Source of the DNA: a virus
IMG/VR virus record: IMGVR_UViG_3300034418_012737
Span: 15,955 to 79,954 of that record
Reading direction: 5' to 3' (one strand)
DNA: 64,000 nt
A program made the translations under genes and the position numbers. The first letter of the stretch is position 1, and every line of letters starts with the position of its first letter. The notes beneath the pieces are model-generated. The model ran no database searches and had not been told where the DNA came from. It saw only the letters and a program-made list of their open reading frames with translations. Positions 44,629 to 54,856 of the stretch are shown piece after piece.

Positions 44629-45540
44629 TTACAAATAAACTAACTCATTTTGATACTCTTGTAAGGAATTAACTGTAATTTTTAAGTTACCCAATTCAAA
44701 AGTACCTAATTGATTGTTATCTTTAATTATATCATTTAATTGTTGAATATAAGTGTAATCTTCTTGGGTAAAATTATTTCCATCTACCTCAACAACAATA
44801 TCTTCTCCCTCATTAAACCATATACCTAATGTATTTTTAAGTTGGGTGGTGAAATTATTTAAGATTAGTTTTTTCTTATACACTACATTATAGTGTGATT
44901 TTCTAAAACCCCACTTTTTAATAAAGTTAATATTAGATTCTTGTTCTACACTTTGATAGTTACCTACTCTAGAAGTTTTACTTACAAAATGGTATACTTG
45001 AGCAGGGGAAACTACTTTTTTAAACCCTCCTATTTTATACCTTAGATGTAAATCATCATCTTCACAAAACATTTTAAATGTATCACCATCTAATTTTATA
45101 TAATCTTCTTTTAAACACCCAAAAAATATTTGAGAGCCCCCTTCAGTTGTATTTTCAGATACAGGATAATCTAAAAACTTTTGGTGATTATAGGATTTTA
45201 AATCGGTTCCACAGTCTAAAATTTCTTTCCCAGGATAAGTGTCTAAGTATATAGGGGGTTCTACCCTTGTGTAAGATACAATAGTATTTTTTTGAATAGC
45301 TTTATCCATTAGTTCTACAAACCCAGGTTTAAGAACCATATCATTATGGAGAAGGATAATTTTATCTCCCTTAGCACGAGCTACAGCATTATTATAATTT
45401 TCACTTAATGTAACTTGATTATTTAGTTCTAAAATTATTTCTACTTCATTTTTATTAGGGTAAATTTCCCTAATATTATTTAGCAAGTACTTAGTATATT
45501 CAGAGTTTGTTTTATTAGTAGGTATAACAAGGGAAATCAT
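44629..45540 (-). CDS. Glycosyltransferase family 2
   Basis: ISLVIP, LHNDM, EDDDL..R and YHFVS. Confidence 0.85.
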   Translation of the reverse strand: MISLVIPTNKTNSEYTKYLLNNIREIYPNKNEVEIILELNNQVTLSENYNNAVARAKGDKIILLHNDMVLKPGFVELMDKAIQKNTIVSYTRVEPPIYLDTYPGKEILDCGTDLKSYNHQKFLDYPVSENTTEGGSQIFFGCLKEDYIKLDGDTFKMFCEDDDLHLRYKIGGFKKVVSPAQVYHFVSKTSRVGNYQSVEQESNINFIKKWGFRKSHYNVVYKKKLILNNFTTQLKNTLGIWFNEGEDIVVEVDGNNFTQEDYTYIQQLNDIIKDNNQLGTFELGNLKITVNSLQEYQNELVYL

Positions 45541-46334
45541 ATGTAATTTTCTTTAAATTTACTCCAAAAATCAGGCACAACATTTGTATAAGCTAATGTT
45601 GTGGACCCTAAGTGGAAAATAATTCCTTTATTAAGGAAATCAAAGGATTTATAATTATTTATAAAATCTTGATCAGTATTATATAAATAAGGAACTTGAC
45701 AATTAAAATCTTTTGGTAAAACCGTTAATTCTTCACCAAATAACTCTTGTATGGTTAAATTAATAGCAGTTTGGTCCATAGCATCTAATCTTATCCCTCC
45801 CTGTTTTCCTATACCTTCTACGTGACAATTTATATCTTTTTCTTGGTAATAAAACTCTTTATAAAATTTTATTTTGTCTTGGAGGAGAGTTAAATGTTTT
45901 GGTTTTAAAGTAACAAATCCTGCATTAAAATAAGTTTTTATATAAGGTACTACTTCTGGGAAGTAGGGAACCCACTGGTTTAGGTGGTAATTAGCTACGC
46001 TATTTCCTCCTTGGTCTGGGATAACTCCAACTTCAACATTGTGGTTTTCTAATACCTCTATAAAATTATAAGCATCCCATCTGATTATAGTATCACCATC
46101 AACAAAAGTAAGACGTTCATAATCTCCATAAGAAGGAACTTCAACCCACCTGTCAAAACACATAGCGGCATAATCATTTTCAACATTTTTATAAGATTTA
46201 TGTCCTGTTAAAATGATTAAATCTATATTATATTTTTTACAATAAAATTTCCAAGTTTCTAAACAAATCTCATAGTTAGGGTGACCAAATAATCCATTGT
46301 ATCCTGGGATTATTATGGCATTTTTGCTTTTCAT
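45537..46334 (-). CDS. Glycosyltransferase, GT8/GT34-like
   Basis: FVDGD, YFNAG, DQT.IN and FH. Confidence 0.75.
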   Translation of the reverse strand: MKSKNAIIIPGYNGLFGHPNYEICLETWKFYCKKYNIDLIILTGHKSYKNVENDYAAMCFDRWVEVPSYGDYERLTFVDGDTIIRWDAYNFIEVLENHNVEVGVIPDQGGNSVANYHLNQWVPYFPEVVPYIKTYFNAGFVTLKPKHLTLLQDKIKFYKEFYYQEKDINCHVEGIGKQGGIRLDAMDQTAINLTIQELFGEELTVLPKDFNCQVPYLYNTDQDFINNYKSFDFLNKGIIFHLGSTTLAYTNVVPDFWSKFKENYI

Positions 46335-47257
46335 GTTATAATATTTTTAGATTTTAGGGTGTTAAGATGAGTTTCAATATAGCTACGCATATTAGATTCA
46401 AAATGATGTCTTTGATTAGGAATATTATTTAACACTAAAAAATCTTTATAGTACTTATTAAAACCATCTACCTCAGATGTAGCTAGGGGGCCAGAAGGAT
46501 ACATCCATATTGTTTCTCCTCTAAGAAGATATTGTTGAAAATCTACTCCTAAAGGTTTAACATTTTCTGTTATAATCATAGAATACCAATCCCAAGGTCC
46601 ATACCCTTTCCAATTTTCTTGAAAAGGACATAATTCTTCATAAAATTTTTTGCTATATAAATCAAACCACCCCGCCCATTTACTTTTTTTAGTAGGGTAT
46701 AATTTTATTTCTTCAGAAGAATGTTTATTACTATACCAAACATCGAAAGTATCAACTTTTAGGTAATCATTATAAGATATATCTACAAACTTAGGATCTG
46801 TTATTTCATCCCAAGCACTATCTCCTACTTTTGATATTTGGGGAGTAAGGACAAAATATTCATTTTTAATTTCCTTAGCAGATTCTATTAAATAGTATAA
46901 AAGATGTTCACTAAACAGCATATCAGGGCATACTGACATGTAATAATCTACTTCAGAGGAAATGCATTCCCTTTGTAAATTTAAATGCCCATACAACTCA
47001 TCTCCTTCATATATTTTTTTGATATGGTTGTATTTTTCTAATAAAAGAGATATTTGATTATATTTTTCAATAAAAAATTCTTTAGGTAGCTTACTTTTTT
47101 CCCAATTAATAATATAAGAGGATAAATTAAGACAAGTTTCTATTGTTATATTATCTTCATCTGAAAGATAATAGTGGGATTTTTTAAGTTGGGAAAAAGC
47201 TAATAAGGCATAATCCATTTCCCATGGCATTAAATGACATATAATTTTTATATTCAT
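46331..47257 (-). CDS. Glycosyltransferase, GT-A-like
   Basis: CPDM and WKGYGPWD. Confidence 0.6.
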   Translation of the reverse strand: MNIKIICHLMPWEMDYALLAFSQLKKSHYYLSDEDNITIETCLNLSSYIINWEKSKLPKEFFIEKYNQISLLLEKYNHIKKIYEGDELYGHLNLQRECISSEVDYYMSVCPDMLFSEHLLYYLIESAKEIKNEYFVLTPQISKVGDSAWDEITDPKFVDISYNDYLKVDTFDVWYSNKHSSEEIKLYPTKKSKWAGWFDLYSKKFYEELCPFQENWKGYGPWDWYSMIITENVKPLGVDFQQYLLRGETIWMYPSGPLATSEVDGFNKYYKDFLVLNNIPNQRHHFESNMRSYIETHLNTLKSKNIIT

Positions 47258-48024
47258 TTTAATTTACTATAAACTTCTTTAATGCCTTGTTCTAATCCTA
47301 TGTAATCTATTCCTAAATTAGTAAATGTACCTGAATATGAAGGAAAATCTCCTATCCATTCTTGTCTTATTCTCCGTCTAGAGCCTCCTTGGTCACTAAT
47401 TAAAGAGGCTATTTGGGTTAAAAATAAAGACTTATTATAAGTGCAATCAATAATTTTAGGGGGATTATCATTTTTTATGTAAAAGTTAACTAATTTAATT
47501 AAATCTTTCATATAAAAAAAATCCATTTTCTTTTCGGCAAACACATATAAATCTTCTCCATTTAAATAACGTTTTATATTAGATTTAATAAACCTAGTAT
47601 CTAACTCATTTTCATCAAAAACGGCAAATATTCTAATATTATAGAAATTATCCTCAATATTACAAATATCTTTTATAATTTTTTTACTTAAACCATAAGG
47701 AGTAGTAGGTTGTCCTAACTCAGCACCAGATCCAAATTGGATTAATTTACTAAAATGGAATTTATTATAATATAAATTATAAAACATTTGAAGATTTTGA
47801 TAAAAAACCTCCCCAGTATCAGGTTTAAGACGGCTCCCTCCTTTAATAGCCGTATGGATAACTACATCAAAATATTTATCAGTAAACCACTTATCAGTAG
47901 CTTCTTTATCTGTAAGGTCAAAATCCTCTCTTGTAACACAAGTTATATCATAAGGAAATAAGCTCAGGCCTTTTTCAAGGCTCTGAGCTATGTATCCATT
48001 TCCTCCTGTAATGAGAATTTTCAT
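47254..48024 (-). CDS. NAD-dependent epimerase/reductase (extended SDR)
   Basis: ILITGGNGYIA, GSGAE and YGLSK. Confidence 0.85.
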   Translation of the reverse strand: MKILITGGNGYIAQSLEKGLSLFPYDITCVTREDFDLTDKEATDKWFTDKYFDVVIHTAIKGGSRLKPDTGEVFYQNLQMFYNLYYNKFHFSKLIQFGSGAELGQPTTPYGLSKKIIKDICNIEDNFYNIRIFAVFDENELDTRFIKSNIKRYLNGEDLYVFAEKKMDFFYMKDLIKLVNFYIKNDNPPKIIDCTYNKSLFLTQIASLISDQGGSRRRIRQEWIGDFPSYSGTFTNLGIDYIGLEQGIKEVYSKLK

Positions 48025-48959
48025 TATCTTTTAATAGGACTGTCTGTTTTAGTAATAGGGGTTACACTATGGTTTTGATTATTATAATAATCAGTATCTT
48101 TTTCGTACTTCCATTTGTTATCTCCTAATAGTTTTTCTAATTCATCATCTTTAATTTCATAAAAATTTTCTGGGGTGGGGAATTGTCCTCCTCTAACTTC
48201 AGAAGCATATTGTTTAAGTGAATCTTGAATAAGTTGTCCTGCTTCACAGTATCTTTTTACAAATTTAGATTTAAATTCCCAAAATAGACCTGTTAAATCA
48301 TGGAAAATAACTAACTGACCATCAACTTTATCGCCCGCTCCAATTCCATAAACTGGGATGTCAAGTTCTTTAGCGATCATTTCAGCGGGTTCTTTAGGCA
48401 TTGCTTCTAAAAGAAGAGCTGAACATCCTGCTTCTTGGAGGGCTAAAGCTTGTTTAAGTACAACTTCAGCTTGTGCCGCTGTTTTTCCTTGTACCCTATA
48501 ACCTCCTAATTTGGCTCTAGTATGAGGGGTTAAACCTAAATGACTCATAACCATAATTCCAGAATCACATATAGCTTTAATTCTTTCAATCATAGCTCCC
48601 TCTACTTTTACCATATCCATCCCCGCTTTAATAAAACGGCCTGCGTTTTCTACGGCACTTTCATTAGAAATTTGATATGACATATAGGGCATATCTCCAA
48701 TTAAAAGAGCATTACTTGCCCCCCTTGAAACAGCTTCACATGAACGAATCATGTCATCCATAGTAACAGGAATAGTCGTTTTGTGACCTAAAGTAGTCAT
48801 ACCTAAAGAATCTCCTACTAAAATACAATCTACACCCGCCCCATCAGCAATATGGGCTTGAGGGTAATCATAAGCAGTTACAAGTACAGTTTTAGTACCT
48901 TCTCTTTTTTGTTTTCTTAGTTTAAGAATAGTTGTTTTTGTTTTGCTATCTGCAGCCAT
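48024..48959 (-). CDS. panB: 3-methyl-2-oxobutanoate hydroxymethyltransferase family protein
   Basis: TAYD, LVGDSLG, GDMP..SY, VKVEG, HLGLTP, GIGAG..DGQ..V.HD and KFVKRY. Confidence 0.92.
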   Translation of the reverse strand: MAADSKTKTTILKLRKQKREGTKTVLVTAYDYPQAHIADGAGVDCILVGDSLGMTTLGHKTTIPVTMDDMIRSCEAVSRGASNALLIGDMPYMSYQISNESAVENAGRFIKAGMDMVKVEGAMIERIKAICDSGIMVMSHLGLTPHTRAKLGGYRVQGKTAAQAEVVLKQALALQEAGCSALLLEAMPKEPAEMIAKELDIPVYGIGAGDKVDGQLVIFHDLTGLFWEFKSKFVKRYCEAGQLIQDSLKQYASEVRGGQFPTPENFYEIKDDELEKLLGDNKWKYEKDTDYYNNQNHSVTPITKTDSPIKR

Positions 48960-48978
48960 TTTTTATAAATTTTAATTT

Positions 48979-50766
48979 TTATTTTTTTAATGTTACCCAC
49001 CCTTGTGAGTTATCCCTTCTAGGGATCATATCAATAATCATGTTTTTTTTAATTTGTTCATCCGTGAGATAGGGAGACATATCTTCTAAAGGGTTACCAA
49101 ATTCTAACTTAGGGGTTAATTTTTGTTCTCTATCAATTATAACGTTTACTAATATACTACCAGGTTCTTGGAGAGCCAACCTAATTATTTCTTTATAATT
49201 AGCTTTTGTAGCGTGTACTGCTTTAATCCCATAAACCTTAGCTAACTCAACAAAATCTGGGGTCGAATAGTCTTGGGTTTCTGTTGCTATATATCTTGAA
49301 TTAAAATATGAATCTTGAAATTGTTTAATTATCCCATAACAATCATTATTCATTATAAAAATTTTAAGGGGTAAGTTATAATGTTTTACAGTTTGTAGTT
49401 CCTGTAAATTCATTTGGAAACCTCCATCACCATCTATACAAATAACGGGATCATTGCTTCCTATTGTAGCTCCAATTGCTGATGGGAGTCCATAACCCAT
49501 AGAGGAATTACCAAAATTAGAAAACATTCTTTGGTTTTCTTTAGGAGTTATAGATTGCATAGACCACACTAAGTGTCCCCCCTCATCAGGAATAACAGTA
49601 CAAGTTTCAGGGAGTTGATTATTAAGTTCTTCTAAAAATTCATAAGAAGTAAGAATATCTGACTTTAAAGGTCTGTTTTCTAGGTTTACAGATTTATACT
49701 TATTAGCCCAATTTGTAAATTGAGAATTAGGGCTAGAATCAATCCATAAATTTAAAAATCTTTTAGCATCACAAATAATAGGTAAATCAATCTGTAGTCC
49801 TCTGTCTTTGCTTACTTCATTACCATCAATATCTACCATAACTTTATAAGATTCCCTAGAGAATGTTTTTAAATCCCCTCCAGTTTGTCTAGTATCTAAT
49901 CTAGACCCTATAGAAATAAGCAAATCACAATTTTGTATAGCAAAATTACCTTTTCTACTACCATACACACCTATATCTCCTATAAATTGAGGATGATCAT
50001 GTGACATTATATCAAATCCACCCCAAGACACTACAAAAGGTAGTTTAGTATTTTCTACTAAAGTCTTTACTTCATCTATTGCCCCCCCTAATCTAATACC
50101 ATGTCCCAATAGTAATAAAGGACGTTTGCTATCTTTTATCTTTTCATTAAGAAGAATTATTTGATCTTGAATAAACTTATCACTAACTATATTAAAATCC
50201 TTTTTTTCCCATTTATCTGTAGTTTTTTCTATTAGTGAGTTTTGTATATCTACAGGGAAATCCAATAAAACCGGACCAGGTCTACCTGTGGTTGCTGCTA
50301 CATAAGCTTGTTCTATTTTAGATTTAATACTTTTTAAATCATTTAAAATGGTAGCATACTTAGTAAAATGTTTAAAAGATTCCACTACAGGAGTTTCTTG
50401 GAATCCAACTTGTCTAGGAGTTGTAGAGACTGAGTTGATTGTTTCATAAGTACTAACTTGGCCTGTTATAAAAATACAAGGAATGGATTCATACCAACAT
50501 CCACAAATCCCATTTAATAAATTTTGAGCACCAGGGCCACTAGTACTTAAAACTGCTGCTATTTTCCCAGAAGTTCTATAATAACCTTCAGCAGCCATAG
50601 CAGCGGATTGTTCATGTTGGAAACAATAGTACTTTACATTAGGTTTCCTTCCTATATAATCTACAGTTGGAACTATAGCCCCTCCTGTAACAAGGAAAAA
50701 GGTATCAACCCCATTATCTACCAAAGTATCTATTAAATATTCTAATACTTTTACTTTCATCACCAA
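48979..50766 (-). CDS. ThDP-dependent acetolactate-synthase-like enzyme (YerE-type context)
   Basis: HEQSAAMAAEGY, TSGPG..N, GRPGPV, SMGYGLP and GDGGFQMN.QEL...NN. Confidence 0.88.
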   Translation of the reverse strand: MVMKVKVLEYLIDTLVDNGVDTFFLVTGGAIVPTVDYIGRKPNVKYYCFQHEQSAAMAAEGYYRTSGKIAAVLSTSGPGAQNLLNGICGCWYESIPCIFITGQVSTYETINSVSTTPRQVGFQETPVVESFKHFTKYATILNDLKSIKSKIEQAYVAATTGRPGPVLLDFPVDIQNSLIEKTTDKWEKKDFNIVSDKFIQDQIILLNEKIKDSKRPLLLLGHGIRLGGAIDEVKTLVENTKLPFVVSWGGFDIMSHDHPQFIGDIGVYGSRKGNFAIQNCDLLISIGSRLDTRQTGGDLKTFSRESYKVMVDIDGNEVSKDRGLQIDLPIICDAKRFLNLWIDSSPNSQFTNWANKYKSVNLENRPLKSDILTSYEFLEELNNQLPETCTVIPDEGGHLVWSMQSITPKENQRMFSNFGNSSMGYGLPSAIGATIGSNDPVICIDGDGGFQMNLQELQTVKHYNLPLKIFIMNNDCYGIIKQFQDSYFNSRYIATETQDYSTPDFVELAKVYGIKAVHATKANYKEIIRLALQEPGSILVNVIIDREQKLTPKLEFGNPLEDMSPYLTDEQIKKNMIIDMIPRRDNSQGWVTLKK

Positions 50767-51707
50767 ATAAATCTATTTTTATAATATCTTATTATATTAG
50801 GAAGTTCATTGTCAAATTGTTTTTGAGGTTCCCATCCTAATTTTCTTAGTTTTGAGTCATCTAAAGCATACCTAACATCTTGACCTTTCCTACTAAAAGA
50901 TACATCAATGTATGAAGAATAATTTACTTCTTCAAGATATTCTTTAATTATTTTTTTAACAGTTACAATATTTTCTTGCTCAAACCCACCTGCTATGTTA
51001 TAGATTTCATTAGTAATACCCGATTCAATTATAGTAATAATAGCATTAGCTGTGTCTTGAGCATGCAGCCAATTTCTAATAGGTGTTCCGTTATTATGTA
51101 AAGGAATTTGTTTACCTAAGTGTAGATATTTACATGATTTAGGTATAAGTTTTTCAACATATTGTCCTATTCCGTAATTGTTAGTAGGTCTAACAACAAC
51201 ATAAGGTAAATTATATGTTCTAGCCCAAGCTAATACTAACTGGTCAGCTGCTGCTTTAGTAGCTGAGTAGGGATTACTAGGGTGGAGTAAATCTGTTTCA
51301 GTGTGGGCACCCTTCTCTATATCCCCATATACTTCATCAGTGCTAAAGTGTAAGAATATAGGTTTACCAGAATTTTCTCCTCTGTGATTTCTAATAAGTT
51401 CTAAAAGGTTATGAACTCCATTAATATTAGAGTGAACAAAATCATCACTATTAGCTATACTATTTCCAACATGGGTTTCAGCTGCTGTGTTAATTACATA
51501 ATCACAATCATATAAAAACTTTAAATCATTTATATCACAATGAACAAATGAAAAATTAGGGTATTGTTTAAATTCGTTTAAAAGATGTTTATTGGCGGCA
51601 TAGGTTATTTTATCTACACCTTTAACATACCAACCCTTATCTAAACAAGTTCGGGTTACATAAGAACCTATAAAGCCTAAACAACCTGTTACGTATACTA
51701 CTTTCAT
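50760..51707 (-). CDS. rmlB: dTDP/NDP-glucose 4,6-dehydratase (RmlB-like)
   Basis: TG..GFIGS, AAETHV, STDEVYGD, PSNPYSATKA, NNYG..Q..EKLIP and GQD.RY. Confidence 0.85.
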   Translation of the reverse strand: MKVVYVTGCLGFIGSYVTRTCLDKGWYVKGVDKITYAANKHLLNEFKQYPNFSFVHCDINDLKFLYDCDYVINTAAETHVGNSIANSDDFVHSNINGVHNLLELIRNHRGENSGKPIFLHFSTDEVYGDIEKGAHTETDLLHPSNPYSATKAAADQLVLAWARTYNLPYVVVRPTNNYGIGQYVEKLIPKSCKYLHLGKQIPLHNNGTPIRNWLHAQDTANAIITIIESGITNEIYNIAGGFEQENIVTVKKIIKEYLEEVNYSSYIDVSFSRKGQDVRYALDDSKLRKLGWEPQKQFDNELPNIIRYYKNRFIW

Positions 51708-52631
51708 TTAAAATTTACAATTACATTTTTCTGTAAGAAACTGTTTAGTTTCATTATTAAACCACATGGTTTTTATTTCATTTAAAGTTTCATTATACTC
51801 TTCTTTAGTTTTTACTCCAAGGGCTTCGGCATAGTGAAAAACTTTAATTTGTTTGTTATCTTTTGTAAAAAGTTTATTATCTTTTACATAATATTCCGAA
51901 GTAGGGTAAACATCTCCTATTGGGGTACTGTTAGGATCTTTATAATTACCACTGTATAACTTTCCTTTGTGCATTTGGTTTCCTCCACTTGCGGAACCTT
52001 TAGACCTAACATTGTATAATGTTTGAGTTTTTATATAAGGAAAATCTACTATACTTACTTTAATGTTTAATTCCTTCTGGTTGATGTAACAATAGTTTAG
52101 GCCCCCCTGTTCAGCATGATCTGTCCAATATTTTATAGAGTTTTCATACACAGTTTCTGCTCCTTTTAAACTATTAAAGCAAGTTACATCAGCATTAATA
52201 AAAGAAACATCCCTGTAGGTGTTTCCTTGAAATGAAAACTCTTCTATTAAAGGGGACCAATATTTAGTTTTCATAAAAGCATAAGGGGGACCAGCTGAGC
52301 ATATCACATCATCAGTGGTGTTATTTATAAATTCATTTAAATAACCACAAGTAAAAGTATCTGCACCAAGCATTATTATTTTATCATAATGCTTTTTTTT
52401 CATAAACTCTTTTATTAAGTGAACTCTAAATATACCTAAATGGTCATAATATTCCTTAATATCTAATTCTTTTAAGTAGTCATCAAGCGTATTATTATTT
52501 ACATATAGCAAATCTACATCAGGATGGTGTACCTTAAAACTATTTATAGCATTGGGAGTAAAAAAAGTATCCCCTTTAAAGTTTTTATCTTTATTGTTAG
52601 AAATACTAAGTATTAAACAACCTACTTTCAT
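51708..52631 (-). CDS. Glycosyltransferase-like protein
   Basis: LGAD, INAD, EQ..LN and FHYA; sugar cluster context. Confidence 0.55.
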   Translation of the reverse strand: MKVGCLILSISNNKDKNFKGDTFFTPNAINSFKVHHPDVDLLYVNNNTLDDYLKELDIKEYYDHLGIFRVHLIKEFMKKKHYDKIIMLGADTFTCGYLNEFINNTTDDVICSAGPPYAFMKTKYWSPLIEEFSFQGNTYRDVSFINADVTCFNSLKGAETVYENSIKYWTDHAEQGGLNYCYINQKELNIKVSIVDFPYIKTQTLYNVRSKGSASGGNQMHKGKLYSGNYKDPNSTPIGDVYPTSEYYVKDNKLFTKDNKQIKVFHYAEALGVKTKEEYNETLNEIKTMWFNNETKQFLTEKCNCKF

Positions 52632-53770
52632 TTATTAAAAAACTCTTTTATTTTATTACAAACATAATCTACATCTTCAAGAGTCATCCCGTGGTGTGCC
52701 CCTAATAAAAACCCATTTTTCATAATAAGATCAGAATTAGTAAAAGGTTGAAGATATTCTCTATACACAGGGTGACGTGTAACATTCCCTGCAAATGTTA
52801 CTCTGGTTTGGATGTTGTTGTCTTCTAGAAAATGAAGAAGTTCAAATCTTTTTTCAGATTGTAGAGGAATAGCTAACCAATTAGGCTTAATACTATCATC
52901 TGGGAGGATTAAGTCTCCTACCCCTTGTAGATTTTCTATATAACGTTCAATATTATTTCGTCGAATTTTAAAGAATTTTTTAAACCTTTCAAGTTGAACT
53001 AAACCAAATGCTGCTTGCATTTCAGTAGATTTCATATTGTATCCTAAAACTCCATATAAAAATTTATAATCATAAGGAATACCATCAACATTATAATTAA
53101 ATCTATCTGACATATCTTCTGAGTTGTCACCTATCCTACCCCAATCTCTAAATTGTAGACAAATATTACGAAGTTTTTCATCATTAAACATTACCATCCC
53201 CCCGGCACCACCAGCTGTGATCACATGAGAAGCATAAAAACTAGTAGTAGCTATATCAGTTTCGGGGGTGTAAGTTACAGTATCAGCAGAATCTTCTATT
53301 AAAATAATATCTTCTCTATTTATTTCAGCTAAACCCTTTTTAAGAGCTTCCCAATTTGGTTTATTACCAATAAGATTGGGAATCATAAAAGCTTTAACAT
53401 CATCATCTACAACAGATAACACCTCTTCTACGTTAGCACAGTAGGTTGTCAAATCTACATCAACAAACACAGGAATTAATCCCAACTGGATAATTGGGGC
53501 TAAAGTTGTAGAAAAAGTACAAGCGGGGGTAACTACTTTTGTTCCTTTTGGTAATTGAAGGCTGGCAAGCGCTAACAAACATGCAGCAGAACCTGAGTTC
53601 ACAAACACCCCATATTTTTTACCAAATTGTTTTGCTATTTTTTCTTCAAATTCTACAGTACGAGGGCCAAATCCTGCAAGCCACCCGTCTTTTAAACATT
53701 CTTCTACAGCTTTAATTTCTTCTTCCCCATATGCTTCAAATTTATTGGGGGCATACCATACTTTTTTCAT
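52628..53770 (-). CDS. RfbH/DdhC-like NDP-4-keto-6-deoxyhexose 3-dehydratase (DegT family)
   Basis: VNSGS.A, PNLIGN, IEDSAD, SFYASH.IT (His at the usual Lys position), RDWGR and GYN.K. Confidence 0.8.
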   Translation of the reverse strand: MKKVWYAPNKFEAYGEEEIKAVEECLKDGWLAGFGPRTVEFEEKIAKQFGKKYGVFVNSGSAACLLALASLQLPKGTKVVTPACTFSTTLAPIIQLGLIPVFVDVDLTTYCANVEEVLSVVDDDVKAFMIPNLIGNKPNWEALKKGLAEINREDIILIEDSADTVTYTPETDIATTSFYASHVITAGGAGGMVMFNDEKLRNICLQFRDWGRIGDNSEDMSDRFNYNVDGIPYDYKFLYGVLGYNMKSTEMQAAFGLVQLERFKKFFKIRRNNIERYIENLQGVGDLILPDDSIKPNWLAIPLQSEKRFELLHFLEDNNIQTRVTFAGNVTRHPVYREYLQPFTNSDLIMKNGFLLGAHHGMTLEDVDYVCNKIKEFFNK

Positions 53771-53791
53771 GTCTTTGAGTATATTAAAAAT

Positions 53792-54856
53792 TTAGTAAGA
53801 TTCCAAGCTAAGTAGTACTTCAATTACACTATCTATATCTTGTAATTTCCAAGGTAAATTATTTTTATCAACTAAATTAGGATCTAATTCTCCTACACAT
53901 TCCCCCCCTCCATTTAAAGCAAATAAAGGGGCCCCAGAATACGAAGAAAAAGTTTTTAATTTTTGATTAAACCAATTTTCCATTTTAGGATGAGAAAGAA
54001 TTATATTATTATTTTCTTTTCCTGAAAAAATAATTCCTACAGCTGATGCGCTACTTTGTTGGATTATATTTGAATAAGATTTAAATATTTGTATTTTTTG
54101 GATTATATCATAATCCATTAATTCTATTATATCATATTTTAACTTATTTTGTATTTGTTCAATAAGTTCAATTTCATTAAGTAATTCCCTTTTATGATGC
54201 CATCCCCTTTTTATAGTGTCTTGCCTAGATATATAACACCCTTTAGAAGAGGTTTTTATAGGGGGAACTTTACTGGCTATTTCTTGTATTTTGCTTAAAA
54301 CTAAATCATCCCCTATAGGTTCAGGAAAACAATACTGAACATTAGGTATAATTAAATTGCTTATCTTATATCTAAGATGTTTTTTAAATACTATAACATC
54401 TATATTTTTGTCTTTAAGGTAAAGATCTAACCACTGTTTTATAAAGCTACTATTTCCTTTGTCTTGATAAAAATCTTCGGGTATACCTAAAACTATATCA
54501 GGGATATTTAGTTGTTCAAAATATAAAATCTTACTAAATAAGTTGAAAAAAAAATGGGCGTAGTTTAATCCTGCAGAATCATAGAACAAAAATATATTTT
54601 TATCAATAATTTCATCGTACGAAGTATCACTATTAGATACTTTACTATAAATTAAACTATGATCCCCCTTCCTTTGGGCGTCTGTATTGTCAATATCTAA
54701 TTCTAAGTTATTGTGGTAGATTTCTAACCATCCTCTACCTATTCCTTTTACCATTTCAAAGTCCTTATGTTTTAAATAAGCATCTTTAAAAGATAAACAA
54801 TAATGTCTATGGGGAAAAATTTTACTAGAAAGGGGAGTTGGGAGTACTTTGTACAT
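53792..54856 (-). CDS. Glycosyltransferase family 61-like
   Basis: NYAHFF, YISR...R.L.NE and QKIQIF. Confidence 0.7.
   Translation of the reverse strand: MYKVLPTPLSSKIFPHRHYCLSFKDAYLKHKDFEMVKGIGRGWLEIYHNNLELDIDNTDAQRKGDHSLIYSKVSNSDTSYDEIIDKNIFLFYDSAGLNYAHFFFNLFSKILYFEQLNIPDIVLGIPEDFYQDKGNSSFIKQWLDLYLKDKNIDVIVFKKHLRYKISNLIIPNVQYCFPEPIGDDLVLSKIQEIASKVPPIKTSSKGCYISRQDTIKRGWHHKRELLNEIELIEQIQNKLKYDIIELMDYDIIQKIQIFKSYSNIIQQSSASAVGIIFSGKENNNIILSHPKMENWFNQKLKTFSSYSGAPLFALNGGGECVGELDPNLVDKNNLPWKLQDIDSVIEVLLSLESY

Noticed and set aside
48024-50766. panB and the ALS-like gene as pantothenate or branched-chain amino acid auxiliary metabolic genes
   Set aside because: They are embedded in an NDP-sugar operon with no other pan or ilv genes; not excluded, but less parsimonious
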